DNA from: Myxococcota bacterium
GTDB lineage: Bacteria > Myxococcota_A > Polyangia > Polyangiales > Houyiibacteriaceae
Reading direction: 5' to 3'
Length of the DNA: 17,575 nucleotides
Assembly (NCBI GenBank): GCA_048623775.1
Contig: JBMCXW010000065.1
Coordinates: 1 to 17,575 of the forward strand
The translations under genes and the position numbers were made by a program. This document shows, piece by piece, positions 11,448 through 17,575 of the stretch. The notes beneath the pieces were generated by a model. That model saw only the letters and a program-made list of their open reading frames with translations. It was not told the origin of the DNA and made no database searches. Within the stretch, counting starts at the first letter, position 1. The number at the start of each line of letters is the position of its first letter.

Positions 11448-12954
11448 CGAGCCGCACGACGCGGTCGCCGGGGCGGACGACGGCCCGTCGCGGCCGATCC
11501 GCGGGAAGGGCGTCGAAGGCGGCCTTCCAGTCCCGGAAGCGGCCGCCCGCGCGCACCGCCTCGAGCACCGCCCGCCCCTCGGCCTGCCCGCCCTGGGCCA
11601 GCACGTGCTCGACCCACGCCCAGCGCACGCTCGTGGCGCGGATGTCCACCCGTCCCTTGACCCCCTTGCGCAGCCGGGCGAGCCGGCGCTCCACCACGTC
11701 CATGCCCGCAAAGGGCAGCCCGTCGAGGGGCGTGTTGCGCTTCGACACGAAGGGAGCGATGCCGAGCGACAGGGGCGCGATCCGAGACAGCTCCACCGAG
11801 AACCGCACCAGCTCGTCCACGTCCTCGTCGGTCTCCTCCGGCAGGCCGAGCATCATGTAGAGCTTGAGCCGCTCGAGCCCGTGGCGGCGGACGAGCTCGG
11901 CCGCCCGTCGCAGATCGTCCTCGCGGGCGCGCCGCTTGATGACGTTGCGCAGGCGCTGGCTGGCGCCGTCGCTGGCGGTCGTGAGCGTGCGGTACCCGCC
12001 CGCCTTGAGCGCGGCCACGAAGCGATCGTTCAGGCGATCGGCCCGGAGCGACGAGATGCCCACCTCGCAACCGCGCTCCACCAGCGCCTCGACGATGTCC
12101 ACGATCCGGGGATGGTCGGTGACGGCGGCGCCCACCAGCCCCACGCGGCACGCGTCCTCGGGCACCAGCGCCAGGAGCCGCTCGGGCGAAACCACGCGCA
12201 TGCCCCCGTTGGTGGAGCGCCGCATGACGCAATAGGTGCAGCCGCGGTGGCACCCTCGCTCGGGCTCCACGAGGAACATGTCCCGGAGCTCGGTGTGCGG
12301 GGTGCGGATCTGGGCGTAGGCCGGCAGCCGGGCGTCGTCGCACTTGGCGACCGGGGGCATGGCGTCGCCGTGCAGCGATGGAACGAAGCAGCTCGGGATG
12401 GTATCGGCCAGCCGCCGCAGCGCCCGGCGCTTGTCCGGCGCCGCGAAGACCACGTCCAACGCCTGGTGGATCGTCTCGTCCGCCTCTCCCATCAGGATGG
12501 CGTCGACGAAGGGGGCCAGGGGGAGGGGGTTGGAGAAGGTGAGGGGGCCGCCGCCGAGCACCAGCGGGTCCACCTCGCGCCGCGCCTCGGCCAGCGGCGC
12601 GAGGCCCGCCTGCTCGAGGCATTGCACGACGCCGGCCAGCTCGGTCTCGTAGGCGACCGAGAAGGCGACCACCGGGTAGTCGCCCACCGGCAGGCCCCCC
12701 TCGTAGGTCGTCAGGGGGCCCCCCGCGTCGCCGGCCGCCCGGAGCTCGTCCGGCAAGAACGCGCGGTGGGCGGTGCGGCCCGGGTGCTCGTTGATCTCCC
12801 GGTAGATCGTCTGGAACCCGAGGGAGGACATCCCGACCGAGTAGGGGCTCGGATACACGAGGGCCACCCGCTCGGGCGCGTCCTTGTAGACCGTCCCGAT
12901 CTCGTCCTCGAGGCGCCGCCGGACGTCGGCGCCCGCATCTCGGCGGCTGGCCAT
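11437..12954 (-). CDS. B12-binding-domain radical SAM protein. The family is uncharacterised.
   Basis: 505 aa. The N-terminal Rossmann-like stretch VALVYPSPYSVGMSSLGFQTIY resembles a B12-binding domain. The CxxxCxxC motif is ERGCHRGCTYCV. The MiaB MTTase motifs and a TRAM domain are absent. The stop at 11437-11439 overlaps the encapsulin 3' end by 11 bp, and the two genes are convergent. Confidence 0.8.
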   Translation of the reverse strand: MASRRDAGADVRRRLEDEIGTVYKDAPERVALVYPSPYSVGMSSLGFQTIYREINEHPGRTAHRAFLPDELRAAGDAGGPLTTYEGGLPVGDYPVVAFSVAYETELAGVVQCLEQAGLAPLAEARREVDPLVLGGGPLTFSNPLPLAPFVDAILMGEADETIHQALDVVFAAPDKRRALRRLADTIPSCFVPSLHGDAMPPVAKCDDARLPAYAQIRTPHTELRDMFLVEPERGCHRGCTYCVMRRSTNGGMRVVSPERLLALVPEDACRVGLVGAAVTDHPRIVDIVEALVERGCEVGISSLRADRLNDRFVAALKAGGYRTLTTASDGASQRLRNVIKRRAREDDLRRAAELVRRHGLERLKLYMMLGLPEETDEDVDELVRFSVELSRIAPLSLGIAPFVSKRNTPLDGLPFAGMDVVERRLARLRKGVKGRVDIRATSVRWAWVEHVLAQGGQAEGRAVLEAVRAGGRFRDWKAAFDALPADRPRRAVVRPGDRVVRLATS

Positions 12955-13059
12955 GTCGCGCCAGAACCTAGCGCCCCACCCCCCTCCCGCCCACCCCCGG
13001 TCTCAAGGCTGGAAGCATATCCCAGGAGCGACCGAAGGGAGCGACCCGCGGGGGCTCAA

Positions 13060-13851
13060 TTAATGCACCCCGTCGAACATCCGCCTCCAGCGAATGTTGC
13101 CGAGATTGCCGAAGAAGCTGGCCTCGGGGTCGTCGTAGCTCGACCAGTAGATGAACAGGGCCCTGCCCTTCACCCGCTCGACGGGCACGGGGCCGATGAG
13201 CGGATTGCGGCTGTCGTTGGACCGGTCGCGGTGGTCGCCGAGCACGTACACGTGGCCTGGTGGGACGTGCACCTTGGGCGAGGTGTCCATGGCGTTGTCG
13301 GAGGAACGGCTGGTCAGGTAGACCTCGCCGCCCACCTTCTCCTGGACCCACACGCAGTCGTCGAGGGGCGAGGCGAGGACGGTGTCGCCCTCCAGGTCGT
13401 CGCAGGGCCCGATGACCTCGGTGGGCACGGGCTCGCCATTGCGCCAGACCACGTTGTCCCGCATCCAGACCGTGTCGCCCGCCACTCCGATCACCCGCTT
13501 GACGATGTCGATGTTGTCGGCCGGGCTGCGCACGATGACCACGTCGCCGAGCTCGGGCTCGCCCCAGGTGGCCGCCGCCTCGTTCGTGAAGGGCAGAAAC
13601 AGCCCATACAGGAGCTTGGCCACCACCACCCGGTCGCCGTTGAGGAGCGTGGGCTCCATGGACGGCCCCTCGATCTCGAACGCCTCGAACAGGACGATCC
13701 GGATGAACATGGCGAGCAGCACCGCACCGCCGATGGTTTTGGCGTTGGCGCTGAACCGCTCCCAGCGCGTGTCCTCGCGCGAATTGGATGCCGTGCCGGA
13801 CCCCTCCTGCGCCCGCCCCTCGCCCTCCTTCGCTCCGTGACCCGGGTTCAT
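13060..13851 (-). CDS. lepB: Signal peptidase I.
   Basis: SPase I boxes are present: GPSMEPTL (catalytic Ser), DIVKRVIGVAGDTV, VYVLGDHRDRSNDSR and GRALFIYWS. The ATG at 13851 was chosen over the longer listed ORF. It overlaps the miaE stop as ATGA. Confidence 0.88.
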   Translation of the reverse strand: MNPGHGAKEGEGRAQEGSGTASNSREDTRWERFSANAKTIGGAVLLAMFIRIVLFEAFEIEGPSMEPTLLNGDRVVVAKLLYGLFLPFTNEAAATWGEPELGDVVIVRSPADNIDIVKRVIGVAGDTVWMRDNVVWRNGEPVPTEVIGPCDDLEGDTVLASPLDDCVWVQEKVGGEVYLTSRSSDNAMDTSPKVHVPPGHVYVLGDHRDRSNDSRNPLIGPVPVERVKGRALFIYWSSYDDPEASFFGNLGNIRWRRMFDGVH

Positions 13852-14429
13852 CCGTGTACCGTGGGGCCCAGGGGCAGCCGGTCGGCCACCTCCGCCTCGC
13901 GCCGCGCGAGCTGCTCGAGCCGCGCGCGTGCATCCTCCACGCCGAAGCGCATTTCCGCAAGGCCCGCGAAGAGCCGGTAGTGCCGGGCTTCGCTCGCCAT
14001 CAGATCGCGGTAGAACGACCGCAGGCTCCCGCACCCGAGGCGCTCTGCCAGGAGCTTGAAGCGCTCGCAGGAGCGGGCCTCGATGAGCGCCGAGACGAGC
14101 AGCCGGTCGAGCAGCGCCGGCACGTCGCCGTCGCGGCGCGCCGCCCCCCGCAGGGCCCGCACGTAGGGGTCCGCTGCCGGGGGCCCGAGCCGGGCTCCCC
14201 GGGCCCCGAGCCGCCGCTGCACCTGCTGGAAGTGGCCCGTCTCCTCCTCGGCCAGGGCCACCAGGGGCTCGATCAGCGCGGGCAGCTCGCCGCCGAAGCG
14301 TGCCACCAGCGCGAGGGCGGATTGGGCCGCTTTGAGCTCGCAGTGGGCGTGGTCGGACAGCAGCCGGTCGAGGTCGCCCTCCACGGCCTCCACCCAGACC
14401 GGGTCGGTGGGCGTGAGCAGGCCAAGCAT
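13848..14429 (-). CDS. miaE: tRNA-(ms2io6A)-hydroxylase MiaE (ferritin-like di-iron).
   Basis: DHAHCELKAAQSALAL, LIEARSCERFKLLA and FYRDLMASEARHYRLF match the MiaE of Salmonella almost motif for motif. The start was set at the internal Met, MLGLLTP; the remaining 96 codons of the listed ORF run antisense over tsaB. Confidence 0.8.
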   Translation of the reverse strand: MLGLLTPTDPVWVEAVEGDLDRLLSDHAHCELKAAQSALALVARFGGELPALIEPLVALAEEETGHFQQVQRRLGARGARLGPPAADPYVRALRGAARRDGDVPALLDRLLVSALIEARSCERFKLLAERLGCGSLRSFYRDLMASEARHYRLFAGLAEMRFGVEDARARLEQLARREAEVADRLPLGPTVHG

Positions 14430-14484
14430 CAACGTGGCGCGAACGCTAGCCCTGGTGTACAGGCCAGGCAAGCGAGGAGCCCCC

Positions 14485-15216
14485 GTGAACGTCCTGGCCG
14501 TCGACACCTCCACCGATGCGAGCGCCGTGGCCGTGGTGCGCGACGGATCCCTGGGGGCCGAATCGGCGGCCGTGGGCCGGGCCCGCCACGGGGAGGTGCT
14601 CCTGGCGCGCATCGAGCAGGCGCTCGAGGCGGCCGGCATCGCCCTGTCCCAGGTGGACCTGCTGGCGGTGGGCATCGGGCCCGGGTCGTTCACGGGGCTG
14701 CGGGTGGGGCTGGCCACGGTGAAGGGGCTGGCCCTGTCGCAGGGGCTGCCGGTGGTGGGGGTGCCCTCGCTGCGCGTGCTCGCGCTGGGGCTCGGCGCCG
14801 GCGGCGGGAGGCTGGTGGCCCCGGTGGTGGATGCGCACCACGACGAGGTGTTCTCGGCTGCTTACCGGGTCGACGGTCGGGGCGTGGCCCGGGAGGTGCT
14901 GCCCCCGTTCCACGCGCTGCCGGAGGAGGTGGCGGGGCGGCTCGTGCAGGCCGCGGGCGGCGACGGGCTCGTGCTCTGCGGGGGCGGGGCGCGCCGGCAT
15001 GCGGCCCGCATGGAGGCCGTGCTCGGCGAGGCCGCCTCCGTGGCCCCGGCGGTGTGGGATGTGCCCCGGGCCTCGCTGCTGGCGCTGGAGGCCGCCGCCC
15101 GGCACGCGCAGGAGGGGCCCTCGGATCTGATGGGGCTCGAGCCCCTGTACGTCCGGCCGAGCGACGCCAAGCTCCCCCAGTCGGGGGGAGGGGGCGGCGC
15201 CTCCGCCGGGGCCTGA
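14485..15216 (+). CDS. tsaB: tRNA threonylcarbamoyladenosine (t6A) biosynthesis protein TsaB (YeaZ).
   Basis: The GTG at 14485 has GAGGAG 5 nt upstream. NVLAVDTSTDASAVAVV and GPGSFTGLRVGLATVKGLALSQGLPVVGVPSL are classic for TsaB. The C-terminus is Gly-rich. Confidence 0.85.
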   Translation: MNVLAVDTSTDASAVAVVRDGSLGAESAAVGRARHGEVLLARIEQALEAAGIALSQVDLLAVGIGPGSFTGLRVGLATVKGLALSQGLPVVGVPSLRVLALGLGAGGGRLVAPVVDAHHDEVFSAAYRVDGRGVAREVLPPFHALPEEVAGRLVQAAGGDGLVLCGGGARRHAARMEAVLGEAASVAPAVWDVPRASLLALEAAARHAQEGPSDLMGLEPLYVRPSDAKLPQSGGGGGASAGA

Positions 15217-15223
15217 GGCGCGC

Positions 15224-16645
15224 TCAGTCCTCGACGCCGAGGGCGAGCCGGTACTCGCGGTCGTACAGCCGCGCGCTGCGCTCCCAGGAGTGGTCGATGC
15301 GCATGGCCCGCTGCTGCAGGGCGGTGAAGGCCTCGCCCCGGGTGAAGGCGACCAGCGCGCGGGCGAGGGCGGCGCCGAGCTCCGTGGCGGAGGCCTCGTC
15401 GAACACGAAGCCGCTGCCGGTGCGGAGCTGGGCGTCGCAGTCCACGACCGCGTCGGCGTGGGCGCTCACGCGGCGGACCACCGGGAGCGTGCCGTAGCGG
15501 TGGGCCTGCATGGCCAGCTCCCCGTGGGGCGCGCGGCGGTGGGGAACGGCCAGCAGGTCCGCACCGGCGATCAGGCGATGCGCTTCGGTCTCGTCCGGGG
15601 CCGGGAGCACCGCCAGGCGATCGGGAAACCGCTCCGAAAGCGCCTGGAGCCCGGCCAGGCCGGGCTGCCCGTCGGGGGCGCGCACCACGAGCTGCACGTC
15701 GTTGCGCAACACGTCGGGGGCCGCCTCCGCGAGCAGGTCGAGCCCCTCGTCCTCGCCACCGCGCCCGAGGCAGCCCACCACGCACACGTCGGCCCGCACC
15801 TGCAGGCCCGCCGCTTGCTGCAGGTCCGCCTTGCAGCGGCGCTTGCCGCGCAGGTCCATGGGGTCGAACCGCGACGGCAGGTGGGCGTCGGTGGCCGGGT
15901 TCCAGACGGCCCCGTCCACCCCGTGCGGGACGCCGATGAACCGGTCGCCCAGGTCGGCCACGACGGCGGACAGGCCCGCGCCCTCGCGGCCCTCGCGCAC
16001 CTCGCGGGCGTAGGCGGGCGAGCCGGTGGTCACCCGGTCGGCCTGCAGGAACGCCGCCTTGACGGGGACGACCCGGCCCTCGTGCTCGGCGCCGGCGGGC
16101 CCTCGGAGGGCCTCCGGGATCCCCAGGTCGCCGGCGAGCGCGGGCGGGAACCGGCCCTCGGTGGTCAGCTCGGGCACGGTGAGCACGGTGGCGACGTTGC
16201 CGTGGGCGCGCGTCACCGCGAGGGCGCCCGGCCAACCGAGCCCGTGCAGCACCTCGGGCCGGGGCTCCCGCGTCTCCACCAGGCCGGCGGCGGCGCGCCC
16301 GAAGAGCCCCGCCCGGCGCGCCACGGTCGCTTCGTCGCCCTCTTCCATGTGCCCGGCGCTGCCGAAGAGCCCCTCGTGCCCGATGAAGAGCAGCTCCACC
16401 CCGGCCGAGGTGCGGCCGTCGTACAGCTCGCAGGCGTGGGTCTCGCCGCCGACATCGAGCTCCAGGCGCGTGAGCCGGCGGGCGAGCTGCAGCGCCACCG
16501 GATCGATGCCGCGGTACAGGGGCGACACCACCGTCACCCGGTGGTCGAGCCCCCGCAGTGCCTTGGGCAGGGCGCTCGACACGCGCGCCAGCGGACCGTC
16601 GCCGCTGATGGGCGAGAGCTCGGGTGTGACGAAGAGAATCTCCAT
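15224..16645 (-). CDS. Glycogen/starch-synthase-like (GT5) glycosyltransferase with degenerate catalytic motifs.
   Basis: The N-terminus MEILFVTPELSP...SSALPKAL matches GlgA (MKILFV..E..P..KTGGLADV.GALPKAL), and the later stretch RYGTLPVVRRV matches RYGT.P.VR.TGGL. KTGGL is replaced by SGDGPL, HAHDW by HGLGW, and EPCGL by APHGEL. The product is 473 aa. Confidence 0.7.
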   Translation of the reverse strand: MEILFVTPELSPISGDGPLARVSSALPKALRGLDHRVTVVSPLYRGIDPVALQLARRLTRLELDVGGETHACELYDGRTSAGVELLFIGHEGLFGSAGHMEEGDEATVARRAGLFGRAAAGLVETREPRPEVLHGLGWPGALAVTRAHGNVATVLTVPELTTEGRFPPALAGDLGIPEALRGPAGAEHEGRVVPVKAAFLQADRVTTGSPAYAREVREGREGAGLSAVVADLGDRFIGVPHGVDGAVWNPATDAHLPSRFDPMDLRGKRRCKADLQQAAGLQVRADVCVVGCLGRGGEDEGLDLLAEAAPDVLRNDVQLVVRAPDGQPGLAGLQALSERFPDRLAVLPAPDETEAHRLIAGADLLAVPHRRAPHGELAMQAHRYGTLPVVRRVSAHADAVVDCDAQLRTGSGFVFDEASATELGAALARALVAFTRGEAFTALQQRAMRIDHSWERSARLYDREYRLALGVED

Positions 16646-16711
16646 GGGCCGCGAACCATACACGCTCCGGTGCCCCCGAGCCATGCAGGGGGACGGGGGC
16701 GTGGGAGGGCG

Positions 16712-17344
16712 TCAGCGACGCTTCTTCGAGGCCTTCTCGTAGGTCGCCACGGCCTGGGAGGGGACCGCGGTGTCGGGCGCGTCGTAGCGCTCGCGATCGG
16801 TGGCCAGCCGGGCGTCCAGCCGCTCGCGCACCTCGGGATGGGTGGCGGCCAGGATGCGGGCGGCGAGGAAGGCCGCGTTACGCGACCCGTCCACGCCCAC
16901 GGTGGCCACCGGGATGCCCGGGGGCATCTGCACGGTGGACAGCAGCGCGTCCACCCCTTGCAGCGCGCCCGAGGCGAGCGGCACGCCGATGACGGGCAGG
17001 GTGGTGTGGGCGGCCACGACGCCCGCCAGGTGCGCCGCCATGCCCGCGCACGCGATCAGGACCTCGATCCCGTGCTCGCGGGCGCGGGACACGTACTGCA
17101 CCGTCTGCTCCGGCGTGCGGTGCGCCGACAGCACCCGCACGTCGCAGGGGATGCCGAGCTCGTGCAACGTGTCGCGCGCCTTGAGCACCACCGGCAGGTC
17201 GCTCGGGCTCCCCGTCAAAATGCCCACCACCGGCGCCCCGTCCGCCCGCAGCGCCCCGCCGCGGGCCCCCGCCGTCCGCGCCCCCTTCCGGGTGCTCCCC
17301 GCCTTCTTCTTCGAGGTCTTCTTCTTCGCCACCTTGGCCATCAC
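16712..17344 (-). CDS. purE: N5-carboxyaminoimidazole ribonucleotide mutase PurE with a Lys/Ala-rich N-terminal extension.
   Basis: VVGILTGSPSDLPVV...VRVLSAHRTPEQ...LIACAGMAAHLAGVVAAHTTLPVIGVPL...VQMPPGIPVATV is collinear with PurE of E. coli. A strong Shine-Dalgarno sequence, GAGGAGGG, lies 5 nt upstream of the ATGATG at 17344. That start gives a 37-aa leader, MMAKVAKKKTSKKKAGSTRKGARTAGARGG.... Confidence 0.88.
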   Translation of the reverse strand: MMAKVAKKKTSKKKAGSTRKGARTAGARGGALRADGAPVVGILTGSPSDLPVVLKARDTLHELGIPCDVRVLSAHRTPEQTVQYVSRAREHGIEVLIACAGMAAHLAGVVAAHTTLPVIGVPLASGALQGVDALLSTVQMPPGIPVATVGVDGSRNAAFLAARILAATHPEVRERLDARLATDRERYDAPDTAVPSQAVATYEKASKKRR

Positions 17345-17379
17345 TACCCTCCTCGTGGCCGCTCCATCTACCAGACCTT

Positions 17380-17495
17380 CGCCCGCCCGTCACCGCCTCC
17401 CGGCCCGCCCCAACCGGCCCCCCGCGAGCCCCCACCACCCCCCGCTCCACCGCCTTGACACCACCCCCCACCCGCGCCAACCTCCCGGCCCCCTT
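17380..17495. repeat. Strand-asymmetric C-rich low-complexity tract of about 115 bp in the purE/tRNA intergenic region.
   Basis: The plus strand reads cgcccgtcaccgcctcccggcccgccccaaccggccccccgcgagcccccaccaccccccgctccaccgcc...ccaccccccacccgcgccaacctcccggccccc. There are runs of C3 to C6 with very few G. A shorter tract of the same kind lies at 12976-13000. Confidence 0.5.
17455..17483 (+). promoter_or_regulatory. Candidate promoter upstream of tRNA-Asn. A TTGACA hexamer is present.
   Basis: TTGACA lies at 17455-17460, 37 nt upstream of the mature tRNA 5' end. The -10 element is unclear in the C-rich context. Confidence 0.2.
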
Positions 17496-17496
17496 T

Positions 17497-17572
17497 TCCG
17501 GGATAGCTCAGTTGGTAGAGCGGTCGGCTGTTAACCGATTGGTCGTAGGTTCGAGTCCTACTCCCGGAGCCA
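17497..17572 (+). tRNA. tRNA-Asn (anticodon GTT).
   Basis: A cloverleaf can be drawn by hand. The acceptor stem is TCCGGGA/TCCCGGA, the D-arm GCTC-AGTTGGTA-GAGC, the anticodon arm GTCGG-CTGTTAA-CCGAT with GTT at 17530-17532, the T-arm GTAGG-TTCGAGT-CCTAC, the discriminator G, and an encoded CCA. The sequence is near-identical in pattern to bacterial tRNA-Asn. Confidence 0.9.
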
Positions 17573-17575
17573 TTT

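Noticed and set aside
11437-12954. The possibility that the radical SAM protein is MiaB, the functional partner of the nearby miaE.
   Set aside because: The N-terminal MTTase Cys motif and the C-terminal TRAM domain are absent. The N-terminus instead looks like a B12-binding domain.
11605-13980. 791-aa plus-strand ORF across the radical SAM and lepB region. The same applies to 13788..15497(+), 14862..16235(-), 15290..17458(+), 9338..10291(+) and 11258..12622(-).
   Set aside because: The same GC-driven antisense or off-frame artefacts. Each overlaps a gene whose conserved catalytic motifs are present (CxxxCxxC, the SPase boxes, the TsaB, GlgA and PurE blocks). None has a recognisable domain or a credible ribosome-binding site.
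13852-14034. The longer N-terminus (61 extra codons) of the listed lepB ORF, and likewise the 96-codon extension of the miaE ORF over 14430..14717.
   Set aside because: The extensions overlap the adjacent genes (miaE, tsaB) and encode low-complexity Arg/Ala/Pro sequence. Starts at the internal Met codons reproduce the family N-termini and give ATGA coupling.

Overview
This is a 17.6 kb bacterial chromosomal segment with very high GC content (around 70%) and high GC at codon third positions. The gene content and the encapsulin resemble a myxobacterium-like deltaproteobacterium, but that is inference. The window has four blocks. (1) Positions 1-426 on the minus strand hold the partial gene of a small zinc-ribbon protein, transcribed away from the next block. 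(2) Positions 674-10202 on the plus strand hold a tightly coupled respiratory complex I (nuo) sub-operon in the order nuoE-nuoF-nuoJ-nuoK-nuoL-nuoM-nuoN, where stop and start codons overlap as GTGA or ATGA. nuoG, nuoH and nuoI are missing from it. NuoL carries an unusual C-terminal soluble extension of about 200 aa that looks like a PKD domain. A lipoprotein gene is translationally coupled to nuoN. (3) Positions 10243-11447 on the plus strand hold a two-gene encapsulin nanocompartment operon. The cargo is an encapsulated ferritin-like protein (EncFtn) with a C-terminal targeting peptide, and its gene overlaps by ATGA the gene for a family-1 shell protein with the HK97 fold. (4) The remainder is housekeeping. 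On the minus strand there is a B12-binding radical SAM protein whose gene converges on and overlaps the encapsulin gene by 11 bp, followed by miaE and lepB coupled by ATGA. On the plus strand there is tsaB. On the minus strand there is a GlgA-like glycosyltransferase whose conserved motifs look degenerate, then purE with a lysine-rich N-terminal extension. A tRNA-Asn(GTT) gene sits on the plus strand at the window edge. No IS elements, CRISPR arrays or rRNA genes were seen. Many long ORFs in the six-frame track lie antisense to these genes and are artefacts of the GC-rich sequence.
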